Of a stretch of DNA of 31,507 bases, positions 19,053-26,711 are shown in pieces. The DNA is from a virus (lineage: Duplodnaviria; Caudoviricetes): IMG/VR virus record IMGVR_UViG_3300045421_000193, positions 1-31,507 of that record. One strand, written 5' to 3'. The notes beneath the pieces are model-generated. The model saw nothing but the letters and a program-made list of their open reading frames with translations, did not search any database and was not told where the DNA came from. The position numbers and the translations under genes are program-made. Position 1 is the first letter of the stretch. Every line of letters starts with the position of its first letter.

Positions 19053-19712
19053 ATGAGATTTAAATCGAGTGATGAATGGCAATGGGAAATAGTTTTTAGT
19101 AATCGTAAAGAGAATTTAGTCCTTCAAAAAGCAATAGGTTTTAAAGATAAAGAAGGATGGATTGGTATTCCAAACGTAGAACTCTGCACTCTTACAGTTT
19201 TAAAAGAAGGCTTAGTTTCAATTAGAGATTGGGATACAAAACAAGATTTAGGAGTAATGGGTCCTAATTTTAGATTTCATTATTCCAATATTATGAAAGG
19301 ATATGGTAACCGAAAAGATTATTTCGGTAATCCTATTCCTTCAGATGAGGAAATACTCAAAACAGCGAGTAAAACTCATGTAAGATTAAAGACTGTATCT
19401 GAAAAAAGTATATTTTACTGTGTTTCAGATCCGCTTGATAAATTAGTGTGGGATGGTTATTCAAATATACTGAATAGTACATCTGAAACTTTTAAAATAA
19501 ACAAAAATACCATTTTTTATAGATTTATTTCATTAGATGATAATATAAATATAAATGGTAAAACTATCGAAAAATATCGTCCTGTTGGTTTGGATATCTA
19601 TGATAAAGATATAACTTTCACTGGAAAAGGAATGTATCTAATCACGGCACCTGTTGGAATATACAATAAAAGTGATAATCTAAAGCCACGATATGTAATA
19701 ACTGATAAATAA
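19053..19712 (+). CDS. Hypothetical protein, possibly cupin/double-stranded beta-helix fold
   Basis: 219-aa ORF filling the gap on the coding strand. Its Lys/aromatic-rich globular composition differs from the neighbouring fibres. The fold guess is from pattern only. Confidence 0.65.
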   Translation: MRFKSSDEWQWEIVFSNRKENLVLQKAIGFKDKEGWIGIPNVELCTLTVLKEGLVSIRDWDTKQDLGVMGPNFRFHYSNIMKGYGNRKDYFGNPIPSDEEILKTASKTHVRLKTVSEKSIFYCVSDPLDKLVWDGYSNILNSTSETFKINKNTIFYRFISLDDNININGKTIEKYRPVGLDIYDKDITFTGKGMYLITAPVGIYNKSDNLKPRYVITDK

Positions 19713-19715
19713 ATA
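19705..19715 (+). promoter_or_regulatory. Putative late promoter (overlapping ATAAATA x2)
   Basis: ATAAATAAATA spans the upstream stop codon, about 20 nt before ATG 19736, which has an AAAGGA SD. Confidence 0.4.
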
Positions 19716-19735
19716 AATTCTAAAGGAAACACGAA

Positions 19736-22700
19736 ATGGCAAAAAAACTATTCTTCGCATATGATATAGATGTACCACAAAATGCAATATTTCTTAATGG
19801 TAATATTCCACTTGAAAGAATTCTATTAATTACAAACGTAACACCAACAAAAAACATAATTATCTACAACTTTGCAGACCCAACAGTTGGTGCTACTTCA
19901 TGCACTTATTCAACAGCAACAGACACAACTAGATTAGTTCTTTCTGTTAATTTTGCTTCTGCAGCTTCTGGAACTGTAACATCAGACTCTAAATTACAAA
20001 TTTTTATAGAAGAAGAATTTGCTCGTGTTGGATTCGAAGAAGCCATGCTCGATCCAGTTAATAAACTTCGTGTATCAAATCCACAAAACTTAATCGACAC
20101 CGACTTTGAATATGGTTCTCAGTCTACAAAATGGGAAACACTTCAAACAGTTTTAAATATTCCTACAATCTTTTCTTCATCAGGAGACTTAACTCTTGAA
20201 GGATTAGTATCAATTAATACAACAATAAATTCAAAACAAGTAAGATGTGTTTTTACACTTCCACACAACCAATCCATAGGAAATGCTATTCAAGTCACAG
20301 GTGTTAATAATATTTCTTGTGAAGGAGCATTCTTAGTTACTGGAGTTGTAAACAATTTAGAATTTTTCTATGAAATAGATCAAGCAGCAATCGTTACAGA
20401 AAACGTAGCTGGTTCATATTCATCAGTTATTCCTGCTAAGTTTTTTGAAGGATCAAATTTAATCTTAGATTTAAATGCACTTGATCCTGCTACTGGAAAT
20501 CCAGTTTCTCCAATTCAAACAGATGGACAATCTCCTTCAACTATAACTGTAAGAACATTAGAACCACATGGTCTTAAAATTGGAACAAAAGTTTACCTAA
20601 GACAAACAGTTGGTCCTAAAGAATTATCAATTGCAGATCCTACAGGAACTGCTCCAGATGGTCGTCCTTTCATCGATTCATCACCAACTATTACTGTTGT
20701 AAACAACGTAAATGGAACTGCTTCTGTTGGAGCAGCTGACCTTCAATTTGATCGTCCAGTTATAACATGGGATTGGCAAACAACTTATGTCAAATATTTA
20801 CAAACTTCAGATGTAGATGCAGCTCTAGATGAAATTACTTGGACAAGTCATGGATTAACTGCGAATTCAGCAGTTCTTTTTAACGATGCTATTCGTGGTG
20901 ATGATTCAAGCCCTACAGTAAATGGTGGAATGACAGATGGAATGGTTTATTATGTTTCTGTTGTAAATGCAAATACAATTAAATTAGCAAATGATTATGG
21001 TACACTTAGTTCTTTTGTAAATCTTACAGCAATTAATACAACAAGAGGTCATCCTAGATTAACATTAGTTTATAAAGTTGAAAGAAGAAAAGATACTACA
21101 AGATTCACTGCTTTCTTTACAAGAAACGTAACTACTGGTTCTCAAGGAAACTTTGATATAGGTTCCATCAATAACACAAACACAAATGGATTTACATGGA
21201 ACTTATCAAATATAATGGGAGCATCTCGTGTTCCAACTCAAGGAATAATTCATCAATTATTTTTCGAAGGAGCAAACACTGCTGGTAGTCCAATTAACAT
21301 CACTTACATAGCACGAAATTATTTAAATTTAGGATCAGGAAATATTGGTTATTCTCTTGGTGCTAAAGGTGCGTCACCAGGAAATGAATTTCCAAATACA
21401 GACGTAACAAGATGTTTCTTTATATCAGGTGCAAACTACTTTATGGACGTTCAATATCAATTTGGTGCGATTAACAGAGATAAATTCGGTAATCCAACTT
21501 CCAACTATCGTGTAGTTTTCAGCATAACACTTGATCACGTACCAACTGCTTTAAACACAGCACATTCAGGATCTGATTTTGCTGCTAGTGTTTTTGGAAA
21601 AGGAGGACGTCCAGGAAATAGAATTATTGGTTTCCAAGGTAGAGTTCCTAATGGATCTTCTACAAACGGTTCATCCGATGGATTTACATTTCAAGCAAAT
21701 ACAAGAAATAATGGAAGATATGGAACCTCAAATCCTCCATTTAATTTCCAAACAACTGCTTCAGATACACTTGGAGGTTTCGTTGTTAATTATCCAGAAA
21801 GTGGTACTGTTAATTATGGTGCTGGCTCAGAAATATACTACGGATTTGCAGATGATTTAACTGCTTTAAAAAATACATTTTATATACCAAATCATGGAAT
21901 TACAAATAATGAAACTTGTACACTAGCAATTACTGGTGCTGGATTTAGTACAACGAATAGATTTTCGTTTGTAAACTCTTCAGCAACTATTGTTCCATAT
22001 AATCTTGCTTCTTTTCAAGTAACAGCTAACGTTATTAATTCAAATTATTTACGATTTACATCAAGAACGTCACCATTTACAAATGATATAGGTTCTTTTC
22101 CAGCATCTTTCAGTGTTGAAAATAATAAAACAAATATTCTTTATAATACAATATTCATTCAAAACCACAAAATATCAGGAGCAACAACTGCAACTTATTC
22201 AACTGCTGGTACGGTAATTGGTGGATTAACGAATAATACAAACTTTAGTCTTGAATTTGTAAATGATTCTCGTTTATTAATTAAATCAGCAGGATCAACA
22301 GGTGGTGCTACTGCTACAACTGCTGCTTTTGGAAGTACATCGACTGCAGCAAATCAATCATTTACTGTAAACGTTGAAACTCCATTAGGTGTTACACCAA
22401 CAACATGTACTGTCACAATGGTTCAACATCGTGGAAGACTTTCAACATCTGCTCGTTTTGTAAGAATGGCATTTGCTGATGGTATAGTTTATAATATTGG
22501 ACAAGTAAACGGACAAGATTCAAGTATTTTCCAAAATGAACCAACTTGGGTAAGTAAAAACGTATCATCATTCTTGGTTGGATCACCAAAAGGTTTAGTT
22601 GTACTTTGTTCTCCAACTGCTGGTGTAAACTCAGCAGTTCCAGGAATGACAAACTTTTTTGAATTAAGATTTATTGTTACAACAGTAACAGGTGTAATAC

Positions 22701-25318
22701 TTTTAACTTCATCTGGTAGTGGAGTTCAAACATTTACTGTTTTAAACCAAGATGGTGCATATGATGGTATCTATACTTTAGATACAATACCATCGTCTGA
22801 AATGTTTACAGTCGTTGCTCCATTTAAGATTCCATCAAGAACTTATAATTTTAATTCTCGTGCTACTGCATCTGGTGGTTCTGTAGATTCTACACCTGAT
22901 ACAATCATTTTAGGAACAGCAAACCCATATACTCCTACAAATTTCTATCCTGGAGAAGTAGTTTCTTACGTGCCAGGAGCTGGTAATACTGATATAGTTA
23001 ATATCGCAGGTGTAAATAATAATTTTCTTTTTGCGATACCTGTAACTGAATTTACAGCTGCTTTAGCAAACTCTTATGTTTCAGCTATTGCTGGACAAGT
23101 ATTGCAATTAACACCAACTGCTGCTTCCCAAACGCAATCAATTCAAACTGCTAACATTTTGAAAACAACAAAACAAACAGGTGCAGTAAGTGGAACAGTT
23201 AATACAAGAACAATAACTGGTTCAGGTACTAAATTCTTAAGTAAATTCAAAAGATTTGATTCAATTTTTGTTTACACTTCGGCAAGATTAATAGAATTCC
23301 TAATTGATCGTGTTATTTCAGATACAGAAATGACTACAGATCCAGCATCTGCAGCAATTCCAGCTACGTTTACTTCTGCATCGTATTCTACAATCAGCTC
23401 TGTAAACTTACGCCCAGATGGTTTCTCTTTACATAAATCATTTGACGGAGGTATTGATATAACAGCAGGAACATCTCCAAATAGTAAGATTGTTCGTCAA
23501 TCACGTAAATATTTTAGATATCAATCTGGTAAAGGTATTCAAAACTCATTTGCAATTAACTTTTCACCATTTAAAACTTTGAAAAAACTTGAATATGTTA
23601 GCATTGGTGGTAATAATTTTGTAAGAGCAACTTGTCAAGAACCACACAATTTAGTTGTAGGTAATGTAATACTTATTGATAAAGCAACTGTGTCAGTTGG
23701 AAACAACATATATAATGGATCGTTCCCAGTCGCTGCAGTTGAAAATATAAACACATTTAGATATGCGATTGCTAGTGTTCCACAACAACAAAGTGCTGCA
23801 GGGTTCCCAGAGTATGCAAGAGATTCTTGGTCTCAATCAGCTATTCGTGCTGGTATGTTTGATGATGCGAATGGATTCTTCTTCGAATATGATGGTGATG
23901 AATTATATGTTGTAAGAAGATCTAGTACACTTCAATTATCTGGACAATGTAATGCAACTAAAAATTCTCAGGTGATAACTGGTGTTGATACTGTATTTCA
24001 ATCACAATTAATTGTTGGTGATCACGTACAAATTCGAGGTCAAATATATCGTGTTATATCACTCGATTCAGATTCTCGTATGGTAGTTCAACCACCTTAT
24101 CGTGGAATTACAGCTACAGGAATTAAATGTACAATTCGTGAAGATGTAAGAGTGGTTCAAAGTAATTGGAATATTGACCCATGCGATGGAACAGGTCCGA
24201 ATGGATATGTATTCGATATACATAAAATTCAAATGTGTTATGCTGACTATTCTTGGTATGGTGCTGGTAAAATAAGATTTGGTACAAAAGATGCCAAAGG
24301 ACATATACATTATCACCATGAATTTGTACACAATAACAAATTAAACGAATCATATTTACGTTCAGGAAACTTACCTGCAAGATATGAAATTGAAAATGGT
24401 GATTCGCCTACATCAGCTCCTACATTATTCCACTTTGGTACATCTGTTATAATGGATGGTACGTTTGATGATGACGATGCTTACTTATTTACAGGACAGT
24501 CTAAACCATTCGTATTAGCTGGTTCGACTGTAACTCAAACTTTAACATCAACAGCAGCTAGTCAATTTACTGAAATTACATTGAACGCACGTCGTGTGTT
24601 TGTGTATTCTTTCCAATGTACTCAAGCTGATGCTGATAAAACAAAAGTTGGTATGTTAATTAAAGATGCTACAGGAAATATTCCTGATGGTTCTTTTATT
24701 GCGCAGGTTCTGAAATCTGGTAATGCATCAAGAGTGTTTGCTTCTTTCCCAGGAACAACTTCAGTTCCTTCAAACCCTGAAATACCAAGTAATACACAAT
24801 TTACTATTGGTGAAAACGCATTTAATAATGGTGCGATTGACTTAACACGACCAATACCTCTTATTTCGATTCGTTTAGCACCTGCTGTTGACTCTGGTAT
24901 AACTGGTGCAGTTGGCGAAAGAGAAATTATTAATCGTATGCAAATGAAATTAGACTCAGGTGCGGTGACTTCAAATAAAAATTTAAATGTGTTCTTTATT
25001 CTAAATGGAAACCCATCTAAATTAACTTTTGAAAAAGCTCAGTCTCCATCTTTATCTAATGTAATATTTCATGATACAGGTGACATTATAAAAGATGGAA
25101 CTATTATTTTCTCATCTCAAGCTGCTACTGGTACAAGTATATTCAATCTTAGTGGATTAATTGATATGGGTAATTCTATTTTAGGGGGTGACTCAGTTTA
25201 TCCTAATGGTCCTGACTTATTAACTATTGCGATTCAGCCTACGGATACTTCAACGATTACTACAGCTTCACCATTAGAGGTGAATGGAAAATTATCTTGG
25301 TCTGAATCTCAAGCTTAA
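19736..25318 (+). CDS. Large multidomain tail fibre/virion structural protein with lectin-like C-terminal region
   Basis: N-terminal LERILLITNVT...IIYNFADP and DPVNKLRVSNPQ.LIDTDFEYG motifs, several HG/HN-x3-G-xx-V repeats and G.GT.F repeats. The C-terminal QSRKYFRYQSGKG...GMFD..NGFFFEYDG...DYSWYGAG.IRFG pattern suggests a concanavalin-like beta-sandwich. Confidence 0.75.
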   Translation: MAKKLFFAYDIDVPQNAIFLNGNIPLERILLITNVTPTKNIIIYNFADPTVGATSCTYSTATDTTRLVLSVNFASAASGTVTSDSKLQIFIEEEFARVGFEEAMLDPVNKLRVSNPQNLIDTDFEYGSQSTKWETLQTVLNIPTIFSSSGDLTLEGLVSINTTINSKQVRCVFTLPHNQSIGNAIQVTGVNNISCEGAFLVTGVVNNLEFFYEIDQAAIVTENVAGSYSSVIPAKFFEGSNLILDLNALDPATGNPVSPIQTDGQSPSTITVRTLEPHGLKIGTKVYLRQTVGPKELSIADPTGTAPDGRPFIDSSPTITVVNNVNGTASVGAADLQFDRPVITWDWQTTYVKYLQTSDVDAALDEITWTSHGLTANSAVLFNDAIRGDDSSPTVNGGMTDGMVYYVSVVNANTIKLANDYGTLSSFVNLTAINTTRGHPRLTLVYKVERRKDTTRFTAFFTRNVTTGSQGNFDIGSINNTNTNGFTWNLSNIMGASRVPTQGIIHQLFFEGANTAGSPINITYIARNYLNLGSGNIGYSLGAKGASPGNEFPNTDVTRCFFISGANYFMDVQYQFGAINRDKFGNPTSNYRVVFSITLDHVPTALNTAHSGSDFAASVFGKGGRPGNRIIGFQGRVPNGSSTNGSSDGFTFQANTRNNGRYGTSNPPFNFQTTASDTLGGFVVNYPESGTVNYGAGSEIYYGFADDLTALKNTFYIPNHGITNNETCTLAITGAGFSTTNRFSFVNSSATIVPYNLASFQVTANVINSNYLRFTSRTSPFTNDIGSFPASFSVENNKTNILYNTIFIQNHKISGATTATYSTAGTVIGGLTNNTNFSLEFVNDSRLLIKSAGSTGGATATTAAFGSTSTAANQSFTVNVETPLGVTPTTCTVTMVQHRGRLSTSARFVRMAFADGIVYNIGQVNGQDSSIFQNEPTWVSKNVSSFLVGSPKGLVVLCSPTAGVNSAVPGMTNFFELRFIVTTVTGVILLTSSGSGVQTFTVLNQDGAYDGIYTLDTIPSSEMFTVVAPFKIPSRTYNFNSRATASGGSVDSTPDTIILGTANPYTPTNFYPGEVVSYVPGAGNTDIVNIAGVNNNFLFAIPVTEFTAALANSYVSAIAGQVLQLTPTAASQTQSIQTANILKTTKQTGAVSGTVNTRTITGSGTKFLSKFKRFDSIFVYTSARLIEFLIDRVISDTEMTTDPASAAIPATFTSASYSTISSVNLRPDGFSLHKSFDGGIDITAGTSPNSKIVRQSRKYFRYQSGKGIQNSFAINFSPFKTLKKLEYVSIGGNNFVRATCQEPHNLVVGNVILIDKATVSVGNNIYNGSFPVAAVENINTFRYAIASVPQQQSAAGFPEYARDSWSQSAIRAGMFDDANGFFFEYDGDELYVVRRSSTLQLSGQCNATKNSQVITGVDTVFQSQLIVGDHVQIRGQIYRVISLDSDSRMVVQPPYRGITATGIKCTIREDVRVVQSNWNIDPCDGTGPNGYVFDIHKIQMCYADYSWYGAGKIRFGTKDAKGHIHYHHEFVHNNKLNESYLRSGNLPARYEIENGDSPTSAPTLFHFGTSVIMDGTFDDDDAYLFTGQSKPFVLAGSTVTQTLTSTAASQFTEITLNARRVFVYSFQCTQADADKTKVGMLIKDATGNIPDGSFIAQVLKSGNASRVFASFPGTTSVPSNPEIPSNTQFTIGENAFNNGAIDLTRPIPLISIRLAPAVDSGITGAVGEREIINRMQMKLDSGAVTSNKNLNVFFILNGNPSKLTFEKAQSPSLSNVIFHDTGDIIKDGTIIFSSQAATGTSIFNLSGLIDMGNSILGGDSVYPNGPDLLTIAIQPTDTSTITTASPLEVNGKLSWSESQA

Positions 25319-25336
25319 AAGGAGAAAAATAATCCT

Positions 25337-26035
25337 ATGGCTTACTTAGGTAGAGATCCAGTACATGGTAATTCTGAAGTACAAGTGTTTGCTCCGAATG
25401 GTGCAGCTACAACATTTGCTTTAGATTTTCCAATAGGTTCAGCAGGAAGCATTCTTTTAATTAAGAATGGTGCAGTTCAAAAGCCAGTCACAGATTATCA
25501 AATTATAAATGGGGGTAGTGCTATTTCTATCACAGGTGCTGCCCTTACATCAAATGTAAGCTTATTTGCAATTTATCTTTCAACACAATTTCTTCAAAAT
25601 ACACTCGCTGATAATTCAATCAGTGCTGATAAACTTTCATCTTCTTTAAGAGGGAAATTTCCTAGTGATGTAGTTGTTCCAGCAGTCGGAAGTACAGCAC
25701 TTACTTATGGTGTTGGTAAACTTTTTATCTTAGGGAATGATACTAGTTATACTATAACACTTCCATCGAGTCCTTCAATCGGAGATATGTTTTGGTTAAA
25801 TAGACCAGCAGGATCAACTGTTGGTGCGATTACAGTCACTATTAATACAAATGGTAATAATCTTTCAACAGGACAAGGCACTGTAACAGTACAAAATAGT
25901 GCTACTGCAACTATTACTATGACTGGATCATCAGTGTTTACGTCAAATGATAGAAAAATACGTTGGTTTATGTATGTAGGAGTTATTGGTGGTACTAATT
26001 TTGGTTGGTTTGAATATAAAATTGATGCTTTTTAG
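25337..26035 (+). CDS. Putative short tail fibre protein (MAYLG type)
   Basis: AGGAG SD and MAYLG start, one F.PNG..TTF.L...ILLIKNG.VQ.P..DY module, a DNSISADKL repeat and a TITLP.SP..GD tip domain. Confidence 0.75.
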   Translation: MAYLGRDPVHGNSEVQVFAPNGAATTFALDFPIGSAGSILLIKNGAVQKPVTDYQIINGGSAISITGAALTSNVSLFAIYLSTQFLQNTLADNSISADKLSSSLRGKFPSDVVVPAVGSTALTYGVGKLFILGNDTSYTITLPSSPSIGDMFWLNRPAGSTVGAITVTINTNGNNLSTGQGTVTVQNSATATITMTGSSVFTSNDRKIRWFMYVGVIGGTNFGWFEYKIDAF

Positions 26036-26046
26036 TTTTTAATTTT

Positions 26047-26054
26047 AATAAATA
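26047..26054 (+). promoter_or_regulatory. Putative late promoter (AATAAATA)
   Basis: Intergenic, 10 nt before ATG 26065, the same spacing as the 18789 site. Confidence 0.5.
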
Positions 26055-26064
26055 GGTATGAAAA

Positions 26065-26400
26065 ATGGCACAAATTACAGATTTTTATATTGACCAAGGA
26101 TCAGATTGGTCTGCTATTTTAACATTTAATAATTCTGATGGTACAGTAAAAGATTTTACTAATTGTACAGTTTCTGGACAAATAAGAAAAAGTTATAATT
26201 CGAATATATTTACATCAATAACTTGTACATTTCCAGCACCATCAACAAGTGGTAAAGTTAAATTAGCTTTGGGTCATGCTACTTCAACAGCAATGAAAGC
26301 TGGAAGATATGTATATGATGTTGAATTAATCGATTCCTTTAATGCTAGAAGTAGATTAGTTGAAGGAATTATAACAATAACACCAGAAGTTACAAAATAA
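26065..26400 (+). CDS. Small Ig-like virion protein (BppU N-terminal-like)
   Basis: IDQG.D......F...G....T......QIRKSY and G...L.L....T..MKAGRYVYDVE......RLVEGI.T.TP.VT pattern; 111 aa. Confidence 0.75.
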   Translation: MAQITDFYIDQGSDWSAILTFNNSDGTVKDFTNCTVSGQIRKSYNSNIFTSITCTFPAPSTSGKVKLALGHATSTAMKAGRYVYDVELIDSFNARSRLVEGIITITPEVTK

Positions 26401-26691
26401 ATGTCAACACTTACAGTAAAGGTAGATTCACAGGGTAGTACGATTAATCCGAGTAATACTACTTTAACAACTTCAACTACAACAGCTGGAGCTGGTTCAA
26501 GTTCAACTATTACAACAGTAGGAATTCAAGGAACAAGTGGTGCTTCAGTACCAATTTCTGAAAACATACAAGTTGATATAGTTGCAGAAGGATTAAATAA
26601 TGGATCAGTGTTAGTTTATAAAACAAATACTTCAAAATGGACATCAACAAAAACACTAGATTTACAAATTGTAGACAGTGGAGAATTTTAA
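26401..26691 (+). CDS. Small linker/adapter protein (Thr/Ser-rich, NGSVLVY....KW, C-terminal DSGEF)
   Basis: 96 aa, abutting the previous stop (TAAATG). It has a G.QG.SG spacer, a G.VLVY.....W fibre motif and a DxGxF terminus. Confidence 0.7.
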   Translation: MSTLTVKVDSQGSTINPSNTTLTTSTTTAGAGSSSTITTVGIQGTSGASVPISENIQVDIVAEGLNNGSVLVYKTNTSKWTSTKTLDLQIVDSGEF

Positions 26692-26711
26692 CAGAGTAAT
26701 AGGAGAAAAAA

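Noticed and set aside
18580-19551. Perfect TATAAATA octamers inside genes (18580-18587, 19544-19551)
   Set aside because: They could be real internal late promoters about 200 nt before the next gene, but such AT-only words are expected by chance here, so they are not called.
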